Assembly: GCA_965206645.1 (NCBI GenBank)
Contig: CBDBKE010000004.1
Span: 800,001 to 864,000, forward strand
Source of the DNA: Terriglobia bacterium
Lineage (GTDB): Bacteria; Acidobacteriota; Terriglobia; JAJPHL01; JAPKYU01
DNA length: 64,000 nt
Reading direction: 5' to 3'
Below, in pieces: positions 1-9,782 of the stretch. Each line of letters begins with the position of its first letter. Position 1 is the first letter of the stretch. The notes under the pieces were generated by a model that saw only the letters and a list, made by a program, of their open reading frames with translations, ran no database searches and was not told where the DNA came from. A program made the position numbers and the translations under genes.

Positions 1-1
1 C

Positions 2-751
2 GGCCATATTATAGCCCAGCTCAAAAACAGCCCAGCCGCCCGGTCGCAGCACGCGGGCCGCTTCGGGAAGCAAGGTGGCGTAGATTTCCAGGCCCAAAGG
101 CCCGGCGAACACCGCATAGCGCGGCTCGAAATCGCGGACTTCGCGTTGCAGCGCTTCCGCCTGGCCCAGCGGAATGTAGGGCGGGTTGGACATCACCAAG
201 TCAGCCACGGCGGTGCCGATGGCGCCGAGCCAATCGCAGCGGCAAAACTTCACCTGGCGGGCACCCAGACGGGAGGCGTTGCTGGCGGCCACAGCCAGGG
301 CTGCTGCTGACGCGTCGGTGGCGACGACCCGCGCCCGCGGCAGCTCGACCGCCACCGCAACGGCAATGCAGCCAGAGCCGGTGCCAGCATCCACAACGAC
401 GGGCGGACGCTCGCTCTCCATCGCCTCGTATAGTTTCACGACCCGTTCCACCACGTGCTCGGTCTCCGGCCGCGGGATCATAACCGCCGGGCTCACCCGA
501 AAGTCCATCGCCCAGAACTCCTGGTGCCCGGTGATGTACTGGGTGGGCTTGCCGCCCATCCGCTCGCGCAGATAGCGCGCGTAATGGACACGCTCCGAGT
601 CGTTCAGCTCACGCTCCGGATGGGCATAGAGGTGGGCCCGCTCGCAGCTGAGCGCGTGCATCAGCAGCACCTCGGCCGCGATCCGCGGCGAGGGCACCGA
701 GGATTCCTCCAGCAACTGCAGTCCTTGTCGCAGCGCCATCTCCAAGCGCAT
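2..751 (-). CDS. prmC: Release factor glutamine methyltransferase (3' end outside window)
   Basis: Not in the ORF track. Hand translation from ATG 751 gives MRLEMALRQG...KPTQYITGHQEFW...IPRPETEH...DAGTGSGCIA...SNPPYI (HemK/PrmC motifs). Confidence 0.93.
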   Translation of the reverse strand, partial: MRLEMALRQGLQLLEESSVPSPRIAAEVLLMHALSCERAHLYAHPERELNDSERVHYARYLRERMGGKPTQYITGHQEFWAMDFRVSPAVMIPRPETEHVVERVVKLYEAMESERPPVVVDAGTGSGCIAVAVAVELPRARVVATDASAAALAVAASNASRLGARQVKFCRCDWLGAIGTAVADLVMSNPPYIPLGQAEALQREVRDFEPRYAVFAGPLGLEIYATLLPEAARVLRPGGWAVFELGYNMA

Positions 752-892
752 ACTACTATTCTATCGAGAGCGCTCGGGCCGTGCTGGCTTGTATGGCCAG
801 CGGCCTGTTGAAACTTTACCCACCGGGTTCCGATCTAATACGGAGGGAGGGCTGCTCGCGCGTTGAGGCCGCGGGCCGCCGACGAGGACGCT

Positions 893-3022
893 ATGGAACA
901 CAATGGCAATGAGAACGTGCTTGAGTTCCCCGCAGAGTTTCCTGTTTTTGCGGTGCGGGATACGGTCTTGTTCCCGCATGCGGTGCTGCCCCTCAGCGTC
1001 GGACGGGAAAGCTCGGTGGCGCTATTGAATTCGCTGGGCGAGGACAAGCTGGTGGCTGTTGTCACTCAGCGGGATCCGCAGGTGGAGGCGCCGGGCCCGG
1101 ACGACCTGTATACGGTGGGCACGCTGGCAACCGTGCACAAGATCGTGCGTATGCCCAACCAGCCTCTGTTTGTGCTCTGTGAAGGCATCGTGCGCCTGAG
1201 GCAGCTGGAGTACACCCAGCGCGAGCCGTTTCTGAAGGCCCGTTTCACACGCCTGGCCGAGAGCGAGGCGGAGTCTTCGGTGGAGCTGGAAGCGTTGATG
1301 CGCAACGTGGTGACGCTGTTTCAGCAGGTTGTAGCCGCCTCTCCGTCGATTTCCGACGACCTGCTGAGCATCGTCGCCCGCCTGGAGGAGCCGGGCCGGC
1401 TGGCCGACTTTGTCGCCAGTTCCCTGCCCTCGCTTAACTCTGCCACGCGCCAGGAGATGCTGGAGATCGATGATCCGGCGGCGCGGCTGCACACCATCCA
1501 CCGCCACCTGGCCAAGGAGGTCGAGGTCCAACAGGTCCGCTCCAAGCTGCAGTCTGAGGTGCAGGATCAACTTTCGGCCACCCAGCGCGAGTTTTACCTG
1601 CGCGAGCAGCTCAAGGCCATTCAGAAGGAGCTGGGCGAGGCCGATGACTCGCAGCGCGAGCTGGAAGAGCTGCGGCAGAAGATCGAACAATTGGGCATGC
1701 CCGAGCAGGTGCAGCGCGAAGCTCTCCGGGAATTGAAGCGGCTCATGCGCCTCAACCCGGCCTCGCCCGATTACGGCGTCACCCGCAACTATCTGGACTG
1801 GCTGGTGGCCCTCCCCTGGACTCGCTCCAGTGGCGAGCGGGTGGACGTGCGGAAGGCGCACACCATCCTCGATGCCGACCACTACAACCTGGAGAAGGTC
1901 AAGAAGCGGATTCTGGATTACCTGGCCGTCCTGCAACTGAAGCCCGGGATGAAGGGACCTATCTTGTGCTTCGTCGGACCTCCGGGCGTGGGCAAAACCT
2001 CGCTCGGCAAGTCCATCGCCCGCGCCCTGGGCCGCAAGTTCGTCCGCCTGTCGCTGGGCGGAATCCATAACGAGGCGGAAATTCGCGGTCACCGCCGCAC
2101 CTACATCGGCGCTCTGCCCGGCCAGATCATCCAGGGCATTCGCCGCACCGAAACCAACGACCGGGTGTTCATGCTGGACGAGGTGGACAAGGTCGGCCGC
2201 GATTTCCGCGGCGACCCAGCCTCGGCCCTGCTGGAAGTACTCGACCCGGAGCAAAATTTCCAGTTCCGCGACAACTACGTGGACGTGCCGTTCGACCTCT
2301 CCAAGGTGCTGTTCATTACGACTGCCAATGTGCTGGACCCGGTTCCTGATCCGCTGCGCGACCGCATGGAGACGATCGAGCTGCCGGGCTACACCGAGGA
2401 CGAGAAGGTGCAGATCGCCTTCCAGTACCTGATCCCCAGGCAGATCCTGGAGAACGGGCTAGCTCCCGCCGAGGGTAAGGCTGAGGCGCAGCCGAGCCCG
2501 GTGGCCATCGAGTTCAGCGAAGAGGCGGTGCACCAGTTGATCCGCTATTACACGCGCGAAGCGGGCGTGCGCAACCTGGAGCGCGAGCTGGGCACCATCT
2601 GCCGCAAGGTAGCCCGGCGCAAGGCCGAGGGAACCCTCACCGAGGTGCCGTTCGTCGTTGGCCAGGAAGCGGTGCGCGAGTTCCTGGGCGGGCCCAATCT
2701 ACGCCTGGAAACCGAAGTGGCGGATCGCACGGCCCTGCCCGGCATCGCCGTGGGCTTGGCCTGGACTCCAGCCGGCGGCGACATCCTGTTCGTCGAGGCC
2801 AACAAGATGAAGGGAGGTCACAAGGGCCTCATCATGACCGGCCATCTTGGCCCGGTCATGCAGGAATCCATGCAGGCAGCGCTGAGCTGGGTTCGCTCGC
2901 ACTACGAGCGCTTCCCGGTGGCGGTCGGCCAGGCCAGGCCAGCGCCGGAGTGGGGCGCGATGCCTCCCGGATGTCGCTGCTGCGCGACTACGCCGCTGCC
3001 AAGCGCATCCTGGGCGAGGTGA
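893..3022 (+). pseudogene. lon: Lon ATP-dependent protease, truncated in the protease domain
   Basis: Lon N-domain, Walker A GPPGVGKTS, RRTYIGALPG, Walker B MLDEVDK, GLAWT..GG, GPVMQESMQAA. Similarity ends at RSHYERF (~2913), before the PKDGPSAG catalytic Ser motif. Confidence 0.9.
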
Positions 3023-3528
3023 AAAAGGAGCTGGCCTTCCTTTCCATTGACGTCGTGGGCTCCACCAAGATGAAGGTGGGCGAAGACAAGATTGTCGTGG
3101 AACACGCTTTCACCGAGTACAAGAAATTCCTGGAGCACCTGTTCCACGAATACCGCGCCTACAAGGTGGCCTGGACCCCTGACGGGGTGATGAGCTGCTT
3201 TCCGTCAGTAGAGGATGCCTCAACGATGGCCCGCAAGCTCTTGGTGGAACTGGACTGGTTTAACCGCGACGTCCACCAACTCCGAATCAAGTTCCATGTC
3301 CGCTGCGGATTGAACGCGGGTGAGGTGATGGTGCCCGATACCAAGCCCCTGGAAGATATCAGCGATGAGACCATTGACGTAGCGGGGCACCTGCAAAAGT
3401 ACGCGGCAGTGGACAGCCTGTGGGTGTCCGGAGATGTCTACCGGAGCCTGGCGAGCCGGGAAGATTTTGTGCAGGTACCCAGGCAGGTGGACAACCGCGA
3501 CGTCTACGCCTGGCAGAAACCGTCCTGA
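2950..3528 (+). CDS. Class III adenylate/guanylate cyclase-like domain protein, probably lacking its N-terminus
   Basis: FLSIDVVGST, TPDGVMSCF, VRCGLNAGEV motifs. DVAGHLQ replaces the canonical NxASRxE. Confidence 0.7.
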   Translation: MGRDASRMSLLRDYAAAKRILGEVKKELAFLSIDVVGSTKMKVGEDKIVVEHAFTEYKKFLEHLFHEYRAYKVAWTPDGVMSCFPSVEDASTMARKLLVELDWFNRDVHQLRIKFHVRCGLNAGEVMVPDTKPLEDISDETIDVAGHLQKYAAVDSLWVSGDVYRSLASREDFVQVPRQVDNRDVYAWQKPS

Positions 3529-3557
3529 TCTCCAGCACCCACGGGGGTTCGCCTTCC

Positions 3558-4103
3558 ATGCCAGCCTGTATTCTCTTCTGTGAACAGTGCGCGACCAAGC
3601 AAGTCCACCCCCTGAATGAAACCGATTTTGCCTTACTGCTGGCCGAAGGCACAGTGCAGGTGGCGTGCGAACAGTGCGGGCAAGAGACGTCCTGGAAGTT
3701 GACGCTGCCGGACCGCCGCGAGCCTCAACCGAGACGCGAGGCCGCGCCCCGCCGCCTGTTGGTGATTGACGATGATCGGCACACCCTGCAGGTGCTCCAG
3801 ATGATGCTGCACTCAGACGACTACGTGGTGGAAACTGCCATTTCCGCTGACCAAGCCGTCCAGAAGCTGCAGGCCGCGGACTTCGACGCCATTGTCTCTG
3901 ACATTCTCATGCCCGGTTTCGACGGGCGCAGCCTGTACCGCTTCTTGGCGGTCTATCTGCCCGACTACACGGACAAGGTCCTCTTCCTGACGGGCGACCA
4001 GAGCGAGAAAACGCTCCGCTTCCTGCAGGAATCCGGCTGCCCGTACCTGTTCAAACCGATTGACTTGAAGCAGCTTCAATCGCGGATCCGAGAGATCAGC
4101 TAA
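3558..4103 (+). CDS. Response regulator receiver protein with N-terminal CxxC...CxxC zinc ribbon
   Basis: Two CEQC motifs, LLVIDDD, SDILMPGFDG (phospho-Asp), FLTG, KP. Confidence 0.85.
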   Translation: MPACILFCEQCATKQVHPLNETDFALLLAEGTVQVACEQCGQETSWKLTLPDRREPQPRREAAPRRLLVIDDDRHTLQVLQMMLHSDDYVVETAISADQAVQKLQAADFDAIVSDILMPGFDGRSLYRFLAVYLPDYTDKVLFLTGDQSEKTLRFLQESGCPYLFKPIDLKQLQSRIREIS

Positions 4104-4166
4104 GCGTCCGCCAGAGCAGGCGTGAGTGTGGCGTATCGGGCAGCCCCGGCCCCGCGAGACCCGCGT

Positions 4167-4580
4167 CTATTCCCCCAGGATTTTGATGATCAGCCGCTTG
4201 CGCCGCTGGCCATCGAACTCGGCGTAGTAGACCTGCTGCCAGGGCCCCAGGTCCAGCTTGCCCGCGGTGACGGGCAGCAGCACCTGGTGGTGGATGAGCA
4301 GGTTCTTCAGGTGCGCGTCGCCGTTGTCTTCTCCGGTGCGGTGATGGCGGTAATCACGCCGGTAGGGCGCCAGACGCTCCAGCCATTCGTCAATGTCCTG
4401 GATAAGGCCCTCCTCGGCGTCGTTGACGTACACAGCGGCAGTAATGTGCATGGCGGAAACCAGCGCGATCCCTTCCCGGATGCCGCTTTCCCCCAGCGCC
4501 TTTTGCACCTGGGCGGTGATGTTGATGTATTCCCGGCGTTGTAGCGTGTGGAACGTCAGGTATTCGGTGTGGAATTTCAT
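4167..4580 (-). CDS. yjbQ: YjbQ/UPF0047 secondary thiamine-phosphate synthase family protein
   Basis: MKFHTEY...MHITA...[10 protein letters not shown]...[16 protein letters not shown]. Confidence 0.9.
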   Translation of the reverse strand: MKFHTEYLTFHTLQRREYINITAQVQKALGESGIREGIALVSAMHITAAVYVNDAEEGLIQDIDEWLERLAPYRRDYRHHRTGEDNGDAHLKNLLIHHQVLLPVTAGKLDLGPWQQVYYAEFDGQRRKRLIIKILGE

Positions 4581-4692
4581 GGCGGCTATGCTGCCCCCGG
4601 CACCCGCAGGCCCGCAAGCCAAACGCTTGTGACAGTCAGCCCGCGCACAGCCATAGCTTCCCGCGAGAGAAACCCGGTAGAATGGGGTTCCC

Positions 4693-5016
4693 GTGCCTGA
4701 CCCTAAAGAACTGCGCAGATATCCACGTGCCACCTTCCGGACGCCGGTCGTGGCGCAATGGCGCGGCGAGAGCAAGACCGGCAGCGGTACGGTGAGCAAC
4801 ATGAGCCTGGGGGGTTGCTATGTGCTCACCAACAAACCCGCCCAGTTTGGCGAGCAAATTTCCATCGCCATGGTCCACAAAATACCGGAAATCGAGTGCG
4901 TGGTGCGTTACGTAGATCCGGAAGTGGGCATGGGAGTGGAGTTCATGGGGGTAAAGACGGAAGTTCGGGAGATGCTTGACGAGTTCCTCCAGGCCAGGGC
5001 CGTTGCCTGGAAGTGA
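4693..5016 (+). CDS. PilZ domain protein
   Basis: RRYPR (RxxxR), NMSLGG (D/NxSxxG), GMGVEF. Confidence 0.88.
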   Translation: MPDPKELRRYPRATFRTPVVAQWRGESKTGSGTVSNMSLGGCYVLTNKPAQFGEQISIAMVHKIPEIECVVRYVDPEVGMGVEFMGVKTEVREMLDEFLQARAVAWK

Positions 5017-5067
5017 AAGCGCCAGCTGCTGGGCAATCTCTCTTTCGGTTTTGCACCAATCGTTTTG

Positions 5068-5140
5068 CATCTCTCAGGCCATCGTCTCAGGCCATCTCTC
5101 AGGCCATCTCTCAGGCCATCTCTCAGGCCATCTCTCAGGC
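5068..5140. repeat. Tandem repeat, 6 x CATCTCTCAGGC (one copy with a 1-nt insertion)
   Basis: Read directly; abuts the TAG stop of the minus-strand gene. Confidence 0.95.
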
Positions 5141-8088
5141 TAGTAGGCGGGAGCCAGGGGTAGGAGGTGCGGCAATGGACGCCGCGTCAGCCAGCGCCGC
5201 TGCCAGCCCGCCGTGGAGACCGCGCTGTAGGGATACTGTTTCATGCCCCGAAAGGGCAGCGGTTCGACACGCCCCGAACTTGCCGTGTTGAATTCCCCTG
5301 CCTTAACCCAGCCGGAAAGCTCCAGAACGAAGTCGCGCTGCCAGCCGTCGGGCAGAGGGGGAAAGACAGCAGAAAATTCCAGAGTCAACTCGTCGCCTGC
5401 CGCCAGGACGACAAGCCGGTCATCTTCGGCCCCTACCAGAGGCAGGACATTCCCGTAGCGGGTGTAGCGCCCGGAAATCGCATTCCAGGGCGCCCCGGCC
5501 ACGAGCCGCGAGTATTCGTAATCATCCGCCGCGCTGCGGGTGGGCGAAATCGTCGGAAACGAGAAGCCTCGGTAATGCAAGTCCGCGGCCTGCGCCCGGC
5601 GCTCGATCCGGCGCGGGCTTCCGGCCAGCTTGCCCGCCAGAATTTCATTCCAGGAAACGCGCAAGTTGGTGACGATGCGCAGCGGGAGTGGCGTGGCTTC
5701 CCGGCTCTCTGACCGGGCAAAGTCCAGCCGGTCACGCAAGTCAGCCAGCACGAAGCGGCTTCGGCCGGAAGGCAAGCCCAGATCCGCCACCACGGTTTGC
5801 CAGGTGCCGTCGGGCCGGCGCGCCTCCAGCCGCGGGGGCACGGCCACGCGCAGCGGATTTTGGCTGGCGGCCGTGGCAACGTTGGAATCCATCCAGTAGG
5901 TCCAGCCGCGCAGCACCAGGAAGTCGGCACCAGGCGGCAGCTCCAAGTATTCGGCGTACAGCTCGACCAAGCCGGGTAGCACCTCCTTGGTGGGTTCTGC
6001 TGGGCTGGGTTCTGCTGGGCTGAGCTCTGCTGGCTCCCGCCGGGAGGGAACCGGCGTCACATCCGCCAGCACGACCGGAGCGATGTCCGACGGGGCGCCG
6101 CGATAGGCCTCGTCCACAAAAGCGCGCAGGCCTGTAGGATAGTCCAGCGCCACCAACCGCACGCCATCCAGGTAGACGGCTTCGCGCAACTCTTCGGTAA
6201 ATTGGAAGACATAGCGGCCGTCCCGCGGCCGCATCTTCTGCCCCGGCAAGAAGACATTCTCGTGCGAGCCAGGCAGAATGAAGCCGCCGCGCCCGTCCGG
6301 CTCGCCCAGTGGGGTGATGCTCAACACCTCGCCGAAATAGCGGAATTCGTTGCCGTCCCAGACGTAAAGAAACGGGCAGGAGCTGGCCAGCCGGTCCTGC
6401 TCGGCCACGCGCACGGCGCGATTGGTGGGGGTTTCGATCACGTTCTGCACGATGCCGTTGGGCCAGGTGACGCGCACCACGTCCACGCGCTTCAACTCGC
6501 CAGTCTCAATCGTCAGCGGCTCGGTGCCGACGACGGCGCGCACGTAGAAATTGCCGGCTTTCACCTCCACCACGGCCCCCACTCCCGTCTTGTTACTGCG
6601 TACGCCCTCCAGGTTGAGGTGCAGCCAGTGGGTTTGCGGGGACACGCGGTCCAACTTCCACACCTCGCCCTCGCGGCTTCGCGCCAGCAGGGAAAGTTTT
6701 CCCTCGCGCAGGTACAGTGTTTTCAAGGCAGTGACTGCGTCGGGCAGCGGGGGACCGTCACGCTGCTGGAAGCGTCGTCCCGCTGAATTCAGCCAGAAAC
6801 GGAGTCGGGCTTTGCCTTTCTCCGAGACCTCAACCGTCGCAAGATCCTGAAGCCCATCTCCATTCAGATCGCCCAGCGCGAACGGGCCCTTTGCACTCTC
6901 GATCTCCACGAGTTGGCTGTCCCGATTCCACCACACCGAAACACCTTCGGAGGAACCAAAGACCAGGTCAAAGGTGCCGTCCGCGTCCAGGTCTGCGGTG
7001 GCCACCGCTGTTCCCTTGGCCTGGGCAAACGGCGCCGATACGCCAAACTTGCCTCCCCGCAGGTTGGAGAATAGCCAGGCGCCGTCCGGGCCTGCGACAG
7101 CGATGTCGGTATCGTCATCGTTGTCGAAATCCGCAACCGCCGCGCCACACACTTGCTTGTCACCCGGAACCACAACTTCGGCGGCGCTGGTGACATCGGA
7201 GAACGTATCTTGGCCTGCCGCGTCTGCGCCGTTATTCCTCTCCAGGCGGGGCCGGCCGCATTTTGCCGGAATCAGGAGGCGATCCAGGTCGCCGTCCACA
7301 TCGTAGTCGAAGACAACGGTGTAGGTTTCGACCACCGGGAAATCGGCCGCTGGATGGGGAGCGTGAGCGGCGAAAGCCGGTGCAGCTACCTTCCGGCGCG
7401 CCGGCGCAGCCTCGGCCGGGACCTGGGGAACGGCCAGCGGCCCTAGCTCCAGCATGGCAGCCGTCTGGACTGGCTCGCCCCGCTGCTTCCGGTGCTCCTG
7501 CCAACGGCGGAGTACGCGCGTGGCTTCTTCGGCTCGACCCAGCCGCCGCAGCAGGCGCGACGTGCGGTATTCAGCTGAAAGGTACCAGCCCGGCCCAAAA
7601 TCAATGCCACTATCCAAGACGCGCTGGAAGTAGCCCAGAGCTTCCTCCAGACGACCCTGCGACATCAGGACCACACCGGTGTTGAACAGAGTGGCTATGT
7701 CGGAGGCGCCGGCCTTTTCTGCACGCTCGAAGTACTCCAGCGCTTTCTGGAAACGTCCCTGGTGCTTGTAGAGAATGGCCAGCCCATACAACGGCGCCGG
7801 CGAGCCGGGATTCATCTGCCGCGCCGTCTCCAGAGCCGCCAGCGCCCCTTCTTCGTCCTGGACTCCAATCAGCGCCAGCCCCAGGTTGAAGTGATCTGCA
7901 AACGCACCGGCCCCCGGTTGGGCACGCAGCACGCTCCGGAACTGCTCAGTGGCCGCCGGGTAGTTTCCCTCCTCGTAGTAGGCCTGGCCCAGCCGCCGCG
8001 CCCTTTGCACCTGCTGCGCTACATCAGCTGCCTGCCCGAAGAACAGCAGGAAGCTGGCAGCCACAAGTCCCTTCACAACTTGTTTCAT
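5140..8088 (-). CDS. Secreted TPR + FG-GAP repeat + ASPIC/UnbV (CRTAC1-like) protein
   Basis: Signal peptide, TPR helices, DxDxDGxxD repeats, SNKTGVGAVVEV...VTWPNG, SSCPFLYVWDG. Confidence 0.85.
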   Translation of the reverse strand: MKQVVKGLVAASFLLFFGQAADVAQQVQRARRLGQAYYEEGNYPAATEQFRSVLRAQPGAGAFADHFNLGLALIGVQDEEGALAALETARQMNPGSPAPLYGLAILYKHQGRFQKALEYFERAEKAGASDIATLFNTGVVLMSQGRLEEALGYFQRVLDSGIDFGPGWYLSAEYRTSRLLRRLGRAEEATRVLRRWQEHRKQRGEPVQTAAMLELGPLAVPQVPAEAAPARRKVAAPAFAAHAPHPAADFPVVETYTVVFDYDVDGDLDRLLIPAKCGRPRLERNNGADAAGQDTFSDVTSAAEVVVPGDKQVCGAAVADFDNDDDTDIAVAGPDGAWLFSNLRGGKFGVSAPFAQAKGTAVATADLDADGTFDLVFGSSEGVSVWWNRDSQLVEIESAKGPFALGDLNGDGLQDLATVEVSEKGKARLRFWLNSAGRRFQQRDGPPLPDAVTALKTLYLREGKLSLLARSREGEVWKLDRVSPQTHWLHLNLEGVRSNKTGVGAVVEVKAGNFYVRAVVGTEPLTIETGELKRVDVVRVTWPNGIVQNVIETPTNRAVRVAEQDRLASSCPFLYVWDGNEFRYFGEVLSITPLGEPDGRGGFILPGSHENVFLPGQKMRPRDGRYVFQFTEELREAVYLDGVRLVALDYPTGLRAFVDEAYRGAPSDIAPVVLADVTPVPSRREPAELSPAEPSPAEPTKEVLPGLVELYAEYLELPPGADFLVLRGWTYWMDSNVATAASQNPLRVAVPPRLEARRPDGTWQTVVADLGLPSGRSRFVLADLRDRLDFARSESREATPLPLRIVTNLRVSWNEILAGKLAGSPRRIERRAQAADLHYRGFSFPTISPTRSAADDYEYSRLVAGAPWNAISGRYTRYGNVLPLVGAEDDRLVVLAAGDELTLEFSAVFPPLPDGWQRDFVLELSGWVKAGEFNTASSGRVEPLPFRGMKQYPYSAVSTAGWQRRWLTRRPLPHLLPLAPAY

Positions 8089-8341
8089 AATTCGTTCCCG
8101 CCTGATCCCGCATCCTCTTTACCCCGGATCAGGCCGCTGCGTGTATCTCCCTTGCTGATGCTTTCGTCTGCCCTGCCCTTTCAGCTTCAACCGGCCCCAA
8201 GACAAAGGTAACGGGAGATAAGGCGATTTGTCAAAACGGGGTTGGGGATTGGGTGAACCTGGTTGATCCGACTGGATCGTCCAACAGTCGAAAAAATATT
8301 AGTAGCCAGGAATAGAAGTAGCGCGCCGTCATCGCCCCAGG

Positions 8342-9517
8342 CTAAAGCGATTTCCGGCGGCTGGCGGATTTTTCCGTCGCCAGCGGAACCTGTTCGACGA
8401 TCCGGATTCCGTAGCCTTCCAGCGCCGCCACCTTGCGCGGGCGGTTGGTGAGCAAGCGGATGTTGCGAAGGCTCAGGTCTGAGAGGATTTGCGCCCCGAT
8501 GCCAGACTCGTACTGGATGCGGCGATCGTGGGCCAGTTCGCTGGGCTGGCGGAATTCGCGCCCGTGGAAGACCAGCAACCCGCGGCCGTCTTCCAGGGGC
8601 TCAACCTGGAAGCCGGGGCGGGTATTGTGCAGGTAGAGCAACACGCCGCTGCCCTCCTCGGCGATGCGGGCCAAAGCTGCCTCTACCAGCCCGCCGCAGT
8701 CGCAGGCCGAGGAGCCGAACAGGTCGCCGGCCAAGCAGCGCGAGTGCACACGCACTAACACCTTTTCCTGAGGCCCCACATCCCCCTTCACCAGGGCCAC
8801 GTGCACTTCCCCGTCCAGTTCCGATTGATAGGCGATCACCCGGAATTCCCCATATCGGTTGACGAGGGCCGCTTCGCCGACACGACGCACCGAGCGCTCG
8901 TTGCGGAGGCGATAGCGGATCAGGTCAGCCACCGTGATCATCTTCAACCCGTGCTTCCGGCAAAATTCGACCAGATGGGGCACGCGGGCCATGGTGCCGT
9001 CGTCATTCATCACCTCGCAGATGACCCCGGAGGGAATCAGACCGGCCAGACGAGCCAGGTCTACGCTGGCCTCAGTCTGGCCGGCGCGCACCAGCACACC
9101 GCCGCGCCGCGCCCGCAGCGGGAACACGTGCCCGGGCCGAACCAGATCGGCCGGCTGCGTGGTCGGGGAGATGGCTGCCAGGACGGTTGTGGATCGGTCC
9201 TGCGCGGAAATGCCGGTGCTGATTCCGTGGCGGGCGTCAATCGATTCGCAGAAAGCGGTCCCGTGCGGTGACGTGTTCTTCTCCACCATCCGTGGAATCC
9301 GTAAGTAATCGAGCCGCTCTTCGGTCAACGTTAAGCAGACCAGGCCCCGGCCATAGCGGGCCATGAAGTTGATGGTTGCTGGGGTGACTTTTTCGGCGGC
9401 CAGAGTCAGATCGCCTTCGTTCTCGCGATCTTCATCGTCCACCACCACCACCATCCGTCCGGCCTGCACCTCTTCGACCGCCTCGCCAATGGTGGAAAAA
9501 TTGGGGGGTTCCGGCAT
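8342..9517 (-). CDS. ribB: 3,4-dihydroxy-2-butanone-4-phosphate synthase fused to a degenerate GTP cyclohydrolase II domain (RibBA/RibBX type)
   Basis: [44 protein letters not shown]-domain VRVHSRC...CDC and GIGAQIL. Confidence 0.9.
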   Translation of the reverse strand: MPEPPNFSTIGEAVEEVQAGRMVVVVDDEDRENEGDLTLAAEKVTPATINFMARYGRGLVCLTLTEERLDYLRIPRMVEKNTSPHGTAFCESIDARHGISTGISAQDRSTTVLAAISPTTQPADLVRPGHVFPLRARRGGVLVRAGQTEASVDLARLAGLIPSGVICEVMNDDGTMARVPHLVEFCRKHGLKMITVADLIRYRLRNERSVRRVGEAALVNRYGEFRVIAYQSELDGEVHVALVKGDVGPQEKVLVRVHSRCLAGDLFGSSACDCGGLVEAALARIAEEGSGVLLYLHNTRPGFQVEPLEDGRGLLVFHGREFRQPSELAHDRRIQYESGIGAQILSDLSLRNIRLLTNRPRKVAALEGYGIRIVEQVPLATEKSASRRKSL

Positions 9518-9720
9518 CGGTGAATATCCCAGTATATTGCGGAATGACCAGCTGGCGCAGGCATTTTTCCCACCTGCCCAGCGCGCAAGACCTTCTTCAC
9601 AACCAGGGAGGCGCCTCTTGCCCGTCTCGCTCGCCCTCCGCGTCCATTGCAAAGGGACTCACGAAGCCGGCCTGGGCCGTTGAAATTTTGAAGAGGGCAC
9701 TTGCCAGCCCAGCCGCCATC

Positions 9721-9766
9721 GCTGTATAACGGGCGCTGTATAACTGGCGCTGTATAACTGGCGCTG
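9721..9766 (+). repeat. Tandem repeat, ~3.3 x 14 bp GCTGTATAAC(T/G)GGC
   Basis: Read directly; ends 16 bp upstream of the diguanylate cyclase ATG. Confidence 0.92.
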
Positions 9767-9782
9767 CGGGAGGGCCTGCGCG

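Noticed and set aside
1022-2254. Long antisense or overlapping ORFs (also 14610-15455, 20531-21286, 36842-37726, 50880-51797, 57643-58635)
   Set aside because: Shadow ORFs of high-GC genes with no recognisable motifs
2880-2950. Programmed -1 frameshift making a Lon-cyclase fusion
   Set aside because: No slippery heptamer seen at the junction, and the break falls mid-domain, which fits a deletion or chimera better
5068-5140. CRISPR array
   Set aside because: 12-bp units are contiguous with no spacers, and there are no cas genes in the window
5013-5291. ORF with SQAI repeats
   Set aside because: Produced by the minisatellite and antisense overlap; no coding evidence
9518-9720. FMN riboswitch upstream of ribB
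   Set aside because: No GGGTGAAATTCCC/AGTCCG/GGATGGGAG-type conserved blocks on the minus strand
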